The notes beneath the pieces were generated by a model. It searched no databases. It had not been told where the DNA came from and saw nothing but the letters and a program-made list of their open reading frames with translations. A stretch of DNA of 60,548 nucleotides, the filler included, from Asterionella formosa (taxonomy: Eukaryota): the NCBI GenBank assembly GCA_002256025.1. It is 11 parts of 11 records of this genome, joined end to end, with 100 filler letters (N's around TTAATTAATTAA, not from the genome) between each part and the next. Parts side by side here need not be neighbours in the genome. Positions count along the whole stretch, not along the records: positions 1 to 5,423 come from NKIB01013075.1; positions 5,524 to 10,946 come from NKIB01013076.1; positions 11,047 to 16,468 come from NKIB01013077.1; 8 more parts are not named here. One strand, 5' to 3'. The position numbers were made by a program, and so were the translations under genes. Below, piece after piece: positions 1-12,893 of the stretch. Positions within the stretch are counted from its first letter, which is position 1; every line of letters begins with the position of its first letter.

Positions 1-19
1 AATCCTAACCCTAACCCTA
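1..19. repeat. Short telomere-like (CCCTAA)n tract at contig start
   Basis: aatcctaaccctaacccta: about 3 units, C-strand oriented as expected at a left chromosome end. Very short. Confidence 0.45.
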
Positions 20-313
20 GACTCTTCAATTGTAGCATCTGATGATAAGGGTTCATCACTTCTTGTCGTCAACGCTCCTTTGCAGTTGTGAATTCTTGGC
101 TGTTGTTTCTAATGTCATATTATCATTGAGTGCGGTTTCCTTTTTCGAGTTCACACAATATAGCTTGAAGCACCTTTAAGTGTATCAGGAGAATATAGAA
201 ACATATATTATTTCTTCATTGTTGTGTGACAAGAAGTGATTCAAAGAGACTGATTGTGACACGTGGAAGCGAGAGTGAGGTGACGTTCCTTGGACACACA
301 AAAAAGAGGAATC

Positions 314-1328
314 ATGAACAGGAGTATGCTACCGGTCGTTCTATTGTTGTCGTTGTCAGTGGCAACGATGATGGTGAATGCCTTTCAGATACCAATTCAT
401 CCTACTAGGGCTGCTGTAGTTCCTGTGTCAAAACCACAACAACGAATGGCCAATACGAAAGTAATGATGACTGTTGCTCCAATTACAATTACATCAAGAC
501 TCTTTGCTGTCATTCAAAATAATGCCGAACAAGACGAAACCAAATGTCCAGTCACTCGTTTGACTCGACGACTTCGAGCTATATGGATAGCAGTATGGAA
601 GATCTTGACACTTCCCAAGGTGCGTATCAATAGTATGTACACATGAGTGACATATGTAAGCTATGACTATTTATTTTTCCAACATGGACCAATGGCTCAC
701 AACTTCGTTCTTTCTTCGTTATCATTTTTTTAAAAATGTATTTATATAAATGTTTCAAACATGAAAAACGATTCACTCACGTGAATAATCTAGAGATGGT
801 CGAGTCGATTACTAATCCATCAAAATACAAACACTATGAAAAAATCGTCAACGATAACAAACTCAACCACCGGGACTCATGTTGCCATCGAAGTAGAAGA
901 GCAACAACAACAACAACCAATCATCACTGAAATTGATGAAACAATTCATGAAAATAATGATGAACTTTCTCCTCCAATCACTCTTATGGAACAACAATGT
1001 ACTACGATTCTTGACAAACCAAGTATTGAACAGATCACATCATCATTAACATCGTCATCTGCTGTCATGACATTGGATAATAGTGGTCTTACCCCATCCG
1101 TTGCGACTGTGGATTTGTCAGGAGATTGGACGATTATAGTATCTGATGAATTCAAGACAGAGTATGATGAATATCTGAAACAATTAGGTCAACCCATGTT
1201 GGTACGATCTATTGCCCTTGGGATTATTGGTATGACAACTGAACATACCGACCAACGCGACAATGGACGAGTCTTGTTCATTCGAGGAACCAATGCACGA
1301 GGAGTTTGGGAACGATCCTTGGTTGTGA
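314..1328 (+). CDS. Putative plastid-targeted protein with C-terminal calycin/FABP-like domain (3' end lost in gap)
   Basis: Exon1 314-619 (MNRSMLPVVLLLSLSVATMMVNA|FQIP: signal peptide with Phe at +1, ASAFAP-type). GT-AG intron 620-793. Exon2 from 794 is in frame with ORF 836. DLSGDW...EYDEYLKQLGQPMLVRSIA resembles the FABP N-terminus. Confidence 0.7.
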
Positions 1329-2680
1329 NNNNNNNNNNNNNNNNNNNNNNNNNNNNNNNNNNNNNNNNNNNNNNNNNNNNNNNNNNNNNNNNNNNNNNNN
1401 NNNNNNNNNNNNNNNNNNNNNNNNNNNNNNNNNNNNNNNNNNNNNNNNNNNNNNNNNNNNNNNNNNNNNNNNNNNNNNNNNNNNNNNNNNNNNNNNNNNN
1501 NNNNNNNNNNNNNNNNNNNNNNNNNNNNNNNNNNNNNNNNNNNNNNNNNNNNNNNNNNNNNNNNNNNNNNNNNNNNNNNNNNNNNNNNNNNNNNNNNNNN
1601 NNNNNNNNNNNNNNNNNNNNNNNNNNNNNNNNNNNNNNNNNNNNNNNNNNNNNNNNNNNNNNNNNNNNNNNNNNNNNNNNNNNNNNNNNNNNNNNNNNNN
1701 NNNNNNNNNNNNNNNNNNNNNNNNNNNNNNNNNNNNNNNNNNNNNNNNNNNNNNNNNNNNNNNNNNNNNNNNNNNNNNNNNNNNNNNNNNNNNNNNNNNN
1801 NNNNNNNNNNNNNNNNNNNNNNNNNNNNNNNNNNNNNNNNNNNNNNNNNNNNNNNNNNNNNNNNNNNNNNNNNNNNNNNNNNNNNNNNNNNNNNNNNNNN
1901 NNNNNNNNNNNNNNNNNNNNNNNNNNNNNNNNNNNNNNNNNNNNNNNNNNNNNNNNNNNNNNNNNNNNNNNNNNNNNNNNNNNNNNNNNNNNNNNNNNNN
2001 NNNNNNNNNNNNNNNNNNNNNNNNNNNNNNNNNNNNNNNNNNNNNNNNNNNNNNNNNNNNNNNNNNNNNNNNNNNNNNNNNNNNNNNNNNGGTTCTAGTA
2101 TCCATACATAGTTTTATGCATGATGTCTACATGCTTACATATACCGTATTGTATATATATAAGAAGAAACAAAAAAGAAGTGTGCATCTTTGCTTTGCCC
2201 CACCCATGTTTACCCCCCCCCATCCATGAATGACTGACAACACGAACAAATTGCCCGTCATGATTTGCCTTCGTGTCCTTGTTGTCGTCCATCACCGCCG
2301 TTGCTTCTTGCTCGCTCGCTCTCGGCCGCCTCTCGCACGTGTTCAATTTTATATTTAAAAATATATATATATTAGTAAATATAAAATATCTAATAGTAGT
2401 GATATTACATGAACCTCATATCCTTATATATTATGTGGTTACAGTAGATTATAATACAGAGTGAAAAGAAGAGAAAGTTCCCGGAATCCGAATTGGCCCC
2501 CGCAACAATCGACATTTTTTTAATAATCATCATCATCATCCATCCATCCAAACGACAACGAAGAAGCAGCTGCTTGCTTTAGAAAGTTTGTTTCCCGTTT
2601 CCTACCGCCGTCCATTTCATCTTGGATTCCTACCTGTTCTAGAACATATTCTATATTCTTTATCCTAGAGAGGTATCAAC

Positions 2681-4880
2681 ATGGGCAATGATCAATCATC
2701 TGCTGGAGGTGCAACAAGACCTTCTCGGCGAGCAGCAGGCAATGGGAAACGGTCTTCCAAACATGGACCAGCTCCAGTGTCCTCTGGAATGGGGATAGGT
2801 GAGTTTTATTAGTCATATGTTTATATATAGAGAGAGAGAGCGACGAGAGTTGGCAAAATATATATTAGACATTTTTACAAAACAAAACGCAAACCCTTTC
2901 AACACTCACTCACGCACTCGTTACTTTCAAACCATTCTCCAGTACCTGCATCATCCAACGTGATCAAGAACACGACTGTCCAACCATCAAAACCAAAGGT
3001 AACGATGCAAGAATCTGCCGAAACCTTTGGAGGGTCGAAACAAAAACCAAGACCAGATAAACAATTTGAAGCTGTTGTTATTACTGATGCATTGTCGGAT
3101 GTTAGAATCAAGTACGTATAATACAAACTTGGATATGGTTCAAAAGCATCACACTTTTTTTAAAACAAAAAATACATTCATTACACATAATGTCCATCAT
3201 TCGCTCACTCATACACACTCACACACTCTTTGCTGCTCCCATCATCCACTTTAAAAACAGTTATCACATCAATCCCAAGGAATTAGGTCATGGCCACTAT
3301 GGTGTTGTACGTAAATGCATGAACCGAGAATCGAAACAATGGTATGCCATTAAATCCATTCGTAAATCAAAGGTGGGAAAAATTGAAGTCCTCAAACGGG
3401 AAATTGATATACTCAAGGAAGTTGATCATCCAAATATTATTAAATTAGTGGACGTGTACGAAGACACCAAATACTTACATTTAATTACAGAACTATGCAC
3501 GGGGGGTGAACTCTTTGATCGGATCATTGCGAAAACACACACTGTGGAGGGACACTTTAGTGAACATGATGCTGCCAAATTGATTTATGGGATATTGGAT
3601 GCGATACGATACTGTCATGATATTAAACAAATTGTTCATCGGGATTTGAAACCGGAAAATTTCTTATTCTTGACACCTGACGACGGATCCGATATCAAGA
3701 TTATTGACTTTGGTCTATCAAGGCATGATACACAAAACTTTGGTGTCATGAAGACCAAAGTTGGGACACCGTACTATGTGGCACCAGAAGTCTTGAATCG
3801 AGAATATACCAAATCATGTGATATTTGGAGTATTGGTGTTATATCGTATATTTTATTATGTGGATATCCTCCATTTTATGGTGACTCGGACAATGAAATT
3901 TTTGAAAGTGTCAGGACAGGACGATTTGATTTTCCATCGCCTGATTGGGATGATATTAGTCAAACCGCAAAAGATTTTATTTGTAGTTTGTTGAAGAAGA
4001 ATCCAGATGACCGGTAAGTTGCTGCTAAAGTTGACATTTCTGAAACTATTGAATTGCAACATATCCTTGGTACATAAACACATCAACTCACTCAAACTCC
4101 ATTGTTCGTAATTACAAAGTTTGACAGCGGCACAAGCCATGAAACATCCCTGGCTCAAGGAACAGCTTCTGGACGATCTTGATGATGTACACATGATTGA
4201 TAACAGTCGACGAAGGTCTGTCTCACATTCCAATGATCGTGGAGTTACATTTAAAAAGTTCTTGGCTATGCAAAAACTTAAAAAGGCTGCATTAGCTGAT
4301 ATTGCTTCAAATTTGACTCAAAAAGAAATTGGAACACTTCATGATATTTTTAATACCATTGATCGTGATGGTGATGGAACACTTTCATTGACAGATTTGG
4401 ATGAAGCATTGAAACATGGTACGTAGAATAGTTATCATATATATATATATGCTGGTGCATGTCTTCCGTATTTTTATATTGGGAGGATACACACTCATGT
4501 AATTTTGGTTTCACTTGACATTATATATATTTCTACTCGTTAATTCAGAAACATTCCCTGATCAAGTGGGTGAAAATCTCAAGGACCTTCGTGAGGATTT
4601 AGCCTTATCTGGAACAGATGCACTCATGTGGAAGGAATTCTTAGCAGCCACCATGGACCAGAGTTTGATCATGAGAGAAGATAAAATTCGTGAAGCATTT
4701 ACACATTTTGCAAAGGGAGATAGCAAATACATGCAAATGAGTGATCTGGTGGCAATTTTAGGTGGAGAATCGCATGCTCTGGAAGTTCTTGGGTTTGTTG
4801 ATACAGATGGGGATGGTAAAATTACGTTTGATGAATTCCGAGCAGCAATTAAGGAAGCCATGGATGACGAGGAGTACTAA
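2681..4880 (+). CDS. CDPK: Calcium-dependent protein kinase (kinase domain plus calmodulin-like domain)
   Basis: Five phase-consistent exons: 2681-2798, 2943-3111, 3261-4013, 4120-4418, 4549-4880. Motifs GHGHYG, AIK, HRDLKPEN, DFG, GTPYYVAPE. EF hands DRDGDGTLSLTDL and DTDGDGKITFDEF. MGNDQS N-myristoylation motif. Confidence 0.95.
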
Positions 4881-5423
4881 ACATGTCACATGACACACAA
4901 TAAGGACACATGCACACATGACTATTATGGTTTTATGGCAAACAGAATAAATGTTGTGTCTGATAAAATGTTATGAGAGCAAAAGTGAAGTTTAAAGGGT
5001 GACTCAAAGTTATAGCAGCTCCCCAATGTATGCAGTGACATCATGATTAGTTAGTTATAGGTGTTACTTTTTGGATGTCTGTTGCCCATTCCCTTGAATA
5101 AAATTTGAAGCTCCACCTGTTTTGGGCCTGACAGTATGCATAAAGAGATACCAAGGAAAGCCCGGGATATTACTACTTAAGATAGTTCTGGGCTGCAGCT
5201 AGCTTCAACATTGGATGCAACTTGATTTTTTATATTAATTGAGTGGAATAAATGGTTGAAAGCAAATGTATCATTCCCTGGCCTTTCTAGACAAACTATG
5301 TGCAAAGTGGTGTATCATCCTCTTTTGTGTATACTGTACACTTTACACAGTACACAATGATATTTCATTCTCATACACAGGTATACCGATATGAGTATAC
5401 ACAAAAAAGATATACTTTCACTT

Positions 5424-5523
5424 NNNNNNNNNNNNNNNNNNNNNNNNNNNNNNNNNNNNNNNNNNNNTTAATTAATTAANNNNNNNNNNNNNNNNNNNNN
5501 NNNNNNNNNNNNNNNNNNNNNNN
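5424..5523. other. Artificial contig linker 44N-TTAATTAATTAA-44N (first of 10)
   Basis: Identical linkers at 10947, 16469, 21990, 27505, 33014, 38523, 44031, 49544 and 55047. TTAATTAATTAA gives stops in all six frames. Confidence 0.98.
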
Positions 5524-5694
5524 GCACATTTTGCGATTCGATGTGGTTGTTCATTAGGCTTGAATTCCAAAGAATATCAACTCCCAGTTGTGGCACTTGT
5601 TTGCAACTTGCAAGCGCCTCAAACTGGTTATGCTGCACTGTTGAGCCATATTGAAGTCGAAACGTTGTTTCATGAATTTGGTCATGCCTTTTAA
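5524..5694 (+). pseudogene. Fragment of M3 metallopeptidase (mitochondrial intermediate peptidase-like), truncated after HExxH
   Basis: Translates AHFAIRCG...[11 protein letters not shown]...[18 protein letters not shown]. Absent from the ORF track because it has no start codon. Confidence 0.8.
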
Positions 5695-6265
5695 TACCGG
5701 TACCAGGGTTTTTTGTAGTTTACCTTTGTACACAGTGCTAGTTGACTGCTAGTACACTAGCTTTCACTACGGACATAAATGGTTGCACTGGGGGTTGAAT
5801 TTTTTGCATGTACCACCCTGGTACCGTGCAGGAGGTAGAGGCATGTACGGGTGTTATGTACTGTAGTCACCACTGTAAATTATTGTTCTTGTTCTGACTC
5901 CTTCATCACTCATACAAATAGGAAAGCATTTTCTAGTAGAAAATGTTTGTTGCTTATACTACATAGGGCTTCTTCGAACGACGTTAGCCACTGAGCATGT
6001 TACAACTACAACTACAACGGAATAGAGGGAGTACTCATCTGTGATGTGGTGATGACATGGACATGGTGAAGTATCTAACTAGAAGTAGTAGTATTTGTTG
6101 AATATATGAGCTAATTAATCTTATATACAACTTGTTTCCCAAGTTGACATCAAAGTATTCAATAGGTGTTAGTCGAGTTCTGATATATTTGATATAACCC
6201 TAACCCTGTATACATCTGTGTCGATGTGCAGGATCGCTCACTCTCCCACACTTAAGGGAAAACCT

Positions 6266-8155
6266 TTACCTATGAAAAGGTTTGATACGAGGAATATTAA
6301 TTCGTTCTGTAATATTCACAGTGCGTTGAAAAGTAACTGTACCATTGGCATGTACTTGAATAATAGTATAAGGACCTCGTCCACGATCATCCAAAGTAGT
6401 TGGATTATCCAAAAGTATTAAAATCTCATCACCCACTTTGTAATCATAAGATCGACGACAGAAATTAACACGACGCAAGCGTTCGTCAATTATCACTTGT
6501 CGATGTTGATGTATCAATTGTAAATCTTTCATCAAAGGAATAATTAATATCATATCAAGTTGAAAAACCCATGCGCCTGGTGAAATACGTAATATACTAT
6601 GAATAGTAGTTCGAGCTGCATATGATGCAGTTGCAAAACATGTATCCACAATATTTTGGGCTTGAAATTCATTCATTGGAGGATGAGCCTTTAACATAAC
6701 TCGTAGACTATTACTGATAGATTGATGTAAACGTTCACAGATAGCATTTGCTTGTGGATTCTTGACTGTAGTAGTCACATCTTTAATTCCATTCAACACT
6801 ACTAACATGTGAAAGAAAGGAACACCAGTAAATTCACCTCCATTGTCATGTATACAACGTTCTGGACGGGGATATCTGGCTAACCAATCATTTTCAAATT
6901 TCATTGCAATATATTCTGATGTTTTATTATTGATACGTGAAATTTCTGCCACTTTGGTGACCATATCAATACAAGTTAGAGCACGAAATTCAATCGCTTG
7001 AGTAGCCACTGTTATCTTCCATGGACCAATTAAAGCTTCTGGGACTTCTGACCGTGGTAATAACAATGCATTCTTGGGTGGAAGTTCACCAAAACCAGTA
7101 CCAGGTAATTTTGTACGTTGACATGCTTCACATACTCTTACAATATGTTCCACTTTTGCTTTTAATGTAGTGTGATAAAAATGTGTAGCAATTGTAGCAT
7201 TTAATCTTGTCATCCCCACATGAGCTAACATCTGATGATACCAATTAATAATAGGATCCAATAATGATGTAGGAATAGCAATACGCCATGTATCTCCTGG
7301 ATTCTTCACAAAACAAATTAAAAATATATCATGAAAATTGATAGATGGAAATTTTAACAGATGCGTTTGTTGATTGAGAATCAATTGTATATCCAGCAAT
7401 TGTCTATCATGTATTAAATTATAATCCAGAGGATATTGAATATTGTCTGTCAAGATGGGATGATTAAGGAAACATGTAAGCAAAGGTTCATCATCTAATT
7501 CAATTGAAAAGGTAGAAGTGGATGTTGATATCGGAGATTTCGGTCCAATATCAATATCATCTCCCACCAAAGACTCAAGCCTCGGGAGGCGAGAGATGGA
7601 ATCTGCAATAGCATTGTCAGTCCCTTTCACATAGTGAAAAGTAGGATGATATTCTTCAATATAAAGTCTCCATCTTAGAATACGTTGAGTATGTAAAGTA
7701 TTATAAATAAGATTTCGATGATCAGTGTTCACATGTAGAACTGCACCCAATAACATAGAGCGAAATTCTTTGAAAGTTTCTACCACAGAAAGTAATTCTT
7801 TTTCAATAGTAGTATAATTCTTATGAGCAGCAGATAATTTGCGAGAATAATAAGCAACTGAGAGATCATTTTGCATAATGACCGACCCATATTGATAATC
7901 AGAGGCATCAGTAAAGATATGAAAAGGAAGATTATGATCAGGATAACGCATGCGTGTATCTGCAACCAACAACGCTATCATTTCTTCGAAAGCTTGTTGA
8001 TGTATAGGTAACCAGACAAATGGACTGGTTTCAATTAAATCTGTAAGTGGTCCAAGAACATGAGATCGTCTAGGAAACATGTCTTGATAGCACGTAACAG
8101 CACCAAGAAATGATCTGACTTGTTTAAGATTGGTAGGTGAAGACATATTAATCAA
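6266..8155 (-). pseudogene. Gypsy pol: RT thumb, RNase H and integrase
   Basis: FTDASDYQ, EKELL, TDHRNL (RNase H). HHCC zinc finger. CID...HDNGGEF...NAICERLH (DDE). GPY C-terminal module; no chromodomain. Confidence 0.92.
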
Positions 8156-8159
8156 TGCT

Positions 8160-8900
8160 CGGACCTTTTTAGACCAAGGTTTCAGTCCATTAGGAGTTAA
8201 CCAATAGCCTAACTAATCTGTCTCTTGGACTGCCCATTCACAATTAGATGGATTAATTGTGAAATTATTTGCCTGTAAACGATGTAAAATAGTGTCCAAT
8301 AGATGAATGTGATCCGAAAAATTCATTGAATAACAACCCACGTCATCAATATAAATTTCCACATAATCTAAATCACTAAGAATCTGTTCCATAGTTTCTT
8401 GTGCAATATCAGATGATTGTTTCACCCTCATAGGGAGACGTAAATATTTATAAACCAAATGGAGTGGAAATAACGCACAAATTTTGACTCTCAACATCTA
8501 ATGCGAAAGTATAGTATTGCATAGACATCCAATTTGGTGAAAAATACATATCCAGAACGTTTAGTGAGAATAGTTTGTATTCGAGGCAAAGGATATATAT
8601 TGCGATTGATGACTTTATTGAGTTCACGAAAATCTGACAACCGCCCATCGGACACTTCCATCCGTTTTAGGAATAAATAAACTGGGAGACGCCCGTTTAG
8701 AAGCACCACATTTTTGTAGCACTCCAATATCACGCACACAACCGTTGTAATTCGGTTTTGAAAACTTCTAAATGATTATGAGCGACCGGATATGCTCGTT
8801 GATGACGAGGGATGGCATTTGATAATAATTCCAAGTGTACCTGTTATAAGATAAACTTTTATTATTCCATCAAATAATGTTTGATGTTTAACCAATATAG
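8160..8900 (-). pseudogene. Gypsy reverse transcriptase, frameshifted
   Basis: DFRELNK, YPLPRIQ, STPFG, YKYLRLPM and YIDD are spread across several frames. Confidence 0.88.
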
Positions 8901-8940
8901 TTCGCAAACATGATCGTTGCATTGTTGTTAAATGAATCTG

Positions 8941-9444
8941 TTAATCCACCACTGTATCAATAATCACATAATTATATTCAGCAGCTTTAATTTCCAGCGC
9001 ATATGAAGATTCCACAATCATAGGTGCATCAAAATATAATAATGCATCACGTAAATGTTCTCCATCATCAAAGAATGTGAGAGTATGCATAGGAAAAATC
9101 ATTTCCATACAGGACATGGTTTTATTTACGAAATCAATGGTTAGACCAACTTGACGAAGGAAATCACGTCCTAAAATAGCATCAAATGTGCATAGACCAT
9201 TAAAAACTTGACACTTTTGTTGTAAAACATGAGCAGATCGATTAAATTCAGGTAGAATCAGGTCATATAAAATAACTCTGGCATGAGATGAATAAGTACC
9301 AGCTATAGTATGTATTAATTGTGAAGTCTTGTTAGACAAAGAAATACCTTGAGGCATAACCTGTTCATGTATCACTAAGGATAAGGATACTCCACTATCA
9401 AATAATACTTGTAGTATTTTACGCATAGGCATAGCATCCATCAA
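8941..9444 (-). pseudogene. Gypsy aspartic protease
   Basis: VLFDSGVSLS and DAILGRDFL motifs. Confidence 0.85.
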
Positions 9445-9875
9445 TCGTGGCGCTTAAAGAGACATCTGAATCAGATCAATTGACGTTTTTATATCCTTCA
9501 TAGTAAAACAGGAAACCAGAATTGGGCCCTGATGTGTATGTGGAATGTCATGTCCATCGATACATTTATATATGTCCCGCGTTACAGCAACAGCGGTATT
9601 CATAGTGTATTTAACCTGTAAATAAACAATATTATCCAGGTGATGACTAATGTGAGATATACTCAACGAGTTATTATAAATAGCATCGCTTTTATCACAC
9701 ATATCTCTGTCATGGCGATCAGCAATCTGCTGTTGTGAAGTAGGGAAAAAAGTCACTATCTGACCAGCAGGAGGGCTCGTGACCACTGAAATTTCCTGGG
9801 TAGATGTATTCTTTGTAGGGTCGGCATGTGGCATGGTTCCCCAACCGGATGGATGAGCATGATGACCCCATGTAT

Positions 9876-10946
9876 TTAGCATACAAGCATGTGGAACAGG
9901 CACAGGGTTAGCAGTGTCAGTATGGTAGCTTTCCTTAGGATTACTGTGTGAACCGCCTCCACGACCACCAAAATGTCCTCATCTACCGAAACTGGAACGG
10001 CCACGTCCATTATGAAGACCAGCCATGTGACCTGCGCGACCACCTTGAGTACGAGTATTCTGAAAACAATTGCCCTAAGTATGTGTACCTTCAGGATGTA
10101 CCGGACAAAGGCCACGATAATCATGGTATGTACGACTGGCTTGTAGAGCTTGATGATGAATAGTTGCCTGACAGTCCCATGCCCGACCGGCTGCATTGAC
10201 AATAGCACGCGCTCTTCCACGACCACTTGGAGTAAAATTATCGTTGTAGAATTGACGACTGACACGCTCGTTTTCTTGACGCATCACACGATTGCCTTCA
10301 GCAATACGAAGACGATTTTGTGTGATTGTTTGAAAACTGCTCTTGGGAAGGTGCTTGTTTCGATCCTTAAACGATTGTTGACTCTCGAAGTAAGCGAGAA
10401 CCGAGCGAATCGATTGGTCTGAAGTTTTAGCATGATTCAATTCAAACTCTTGTTGCCACTTGCTCATCGGGCATAGAATGGATGATGATAATCTGCATAT
10501 CTTCTTTTGACAATCCGTTTTGATCTTCTGGATGAGGCATTAGTTGAAGCAGCCTGATCAAAGTTTTAATACCAGCTTCGAAATCCATTACCAACATAGA
10601 AAAGGGTTTAGACAAGCAGCATAGCATCCATTGACGTTGACGTTGAAAATTCTCGTTTGCAAACGATTGTCTAACCATAAAACCATCGCTTCATCAAAAC
10701 TATCGTATGATTGATCTTCTGGGTGTACTTCTACATTCAACCAATCCAATAAGGCAATGTCGGTCAAGCACCTTTTAAAGTAAGAAAAAGGTATCTGCAG
10801 GGCTAAAGGCATATATGTTAGCCATGTCACGAAATTGATTCACTCCAATCAACAATGCTTCCACAGAGCTTCCATTGTTTATATCTTGATCAAACGATTC
10901 AAACCTTCCACCGGTTAAAGCAACTCTGAATGTTTTAGTCTTGATA
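9876..10946 (-). pseudogene. Gypsy gag with CxxHxxxxHxxxxC knuckle and RGG tail
   Basis: CPVHPEGTHT*GNC (TAG at a likely Trp codon). RG-rich segment follows. Frameshifts present. Confidence 0.7.
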
Positions 10947-12893
10947 NNNNNNNNNNNNNNNNNNNNNNNNNNNNNNNNNNNNNNNNNNNNTTAATTAATT
11001 AANNNNNNNNNNNNNNNNNNNNNNNNNNNNNNNNNNNNNNNNNNNNACCAGGTACCATCCTGTTGTTGGTACGTACAATGGTCCTGGTGTACAGGTACAG
11101 ACCGAAATACACTGTTTTGACCTGATGATATCTCTATCATCTATTAGCACCAAACCAAACTACAGCTAATATAATAGACCTAGATACAGAAACATCCATA
11201 GATAGTGGAATAAGAACATTTTATAGTACGCTTTTATTGAAACTCGAATCTAATGGAGTTCGTGGAGTCGCACTAGGGCCCAAATGGGCCCCAAAGGAAT
11301 GATGAGTGAGGGTGAGTCCATTGATGGACTCTTAGGGGTTACAGACTAGGAAACAACCGTAGATATGGCAAGCAAGGGTAAGGAACCCACATAAGCTCTT
11401 AGAGAGTGTAAGGAACACCCAGTATAAGGAGGAACTGAGGGAAGAGAGGAAGGCCAATCAAGGAGTAGAAGAAAATATGGAACAAACTGCATGGCCATTT
11501 TGGAAGAAATGTTTTAAAGGAGAATCCGGAATTTGAAGAATCAATGAAAGTGGTAGTCTGATGAAGACATAAGGTGAGAGCAAGAGAAGGCTTTTGAGAG
11601 ATGCAGAAAGTATATAGCAAACTGTGTTGCCATTTTGGTGAATTTTAATTTTAATTTTAATTGTGAATACTGGCAGGCAATTGCCAGGATGAAATGTAGG
11701 GCGGAAGAGTAAGGTAAGATCACACCTGGCTGGTGGAATGGTGTTAAGGGCTGAGAGGAGTGCTGTTGTTGCATTTGGGTGGGTGGCTGGTTGACGCCAA
11801 GGTATAACAGTGGTCTAGCAGTAGTGGCAAGCAAGTTGGCGGAGGTGTCATTTGGAGTAGAGGGATGAGATGAGCGCTTTTTGTTGTTGTGGACCAAAGC
11901 GGCAAATGTGGATGAGTGAAGGGGGTCAATAATAGTGGTCGGAGGGTCAGTTGGGCAAGACAGGGTAAAAGAGATTGAATTACAGTGGAATTATGCACCA
12001 AGCAGGGCTTTCCAGTTTCGACTGAAGTTTCAAATGAAGACTTGGAGGATTTGAGAGAGGATTTGCATGGGGGAAGAGCAGGATTGAAGGAGACAGTGTC
12101 AGCCATAGAAATATCAGGAGGAGCAGGAGTGGGAGGAGCAGCATGGGCGGAAAGCACCATGGTCAAGGGTGATTGAAGCAGCAGCACTATGGGAGTGGAT
12201 GTAGGCCATGTACCAGAGTAGTATAAATTAGAGGGTAAGTGACCTGGAAAGTTCAATTCGCATTGTTGAAAAAGTGGAAACTTCCACAGATATATGTAAA
12301 GCAGCAATGACAACATAGTAGCTATGGGTAGCTTCAACAAAGTTTTTTAACAAAGTACTGGAATCGGAATACACCGTCCTTTAGATACCAGTAAATTGCG
12401 AACTGGTACCTGGTACTCTGGAAGAGGCTAATTCCTTGTTATACACTGTGCTCAAGAGTGCACATTCCATTCTTAGCATTAGCTATATACAGCGGGCTAT
12501 ACAATAACCTTGCTTCCCTATACATAAAATGCTGATATGCGATGTTGTAGTGTTTGCTTTAATGTCGCAAGCATTTTCCTAGAGTTGGCGATATTGGGCT
12601 ATTGATACAGGAAGTTTCCAGTGGCAACTAGACTATAGCCAACATCCAAAAGAAAGGAAAGTGTTCAAACTGTTCAGCCTAGAAAGACGTCTAAGTTAAT
12701 TTTGGGTGTGATGGTTTTGCCTGGTCTGCTGGTGGTTACGAGTGTCTCGTTTTCTCGTCCAATAAATCTGATTTAAGCGCATAATAATCACGGTATGTCC
12801 ATAACAAAACACATCGATGCTGAAAGCAAGGAAAAAGTCATGGCGGCATATATATATTGAATTATGCATCTTCCGAATTCTTCCCGTACTATT

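Larger units (their letters stand above)
5852..10946 (-). mobile_element. Ty3/Gypsy LTR retrotransposon, degenerate, 5' end beyond contig
   Basis: Domain order gag-PR-RT-RH-IN. PPT GGGAGAG (6241-6247) is followed by a TG LTR start at 6240. The distal LTR end is uncertain (about 5852). Confidence 0.92.

Noticed and set aside
1278..2229. Long ORFs made of X residues (also 23585-24495)
   Set aside because: Artefacts of translating N gaps.
5468..5479. Regularly spaced TTAATTAATTAA palindromes (~5.5-kb period)
   Set aside because: Assembly linker embedded in Ns; not biological and not CRISPR.
11250..12340. Pro/Ser-rich minus-strand ORFs, possibly a retroelement relic
   Set aside because: No recognisable domain; cannot be assigned.
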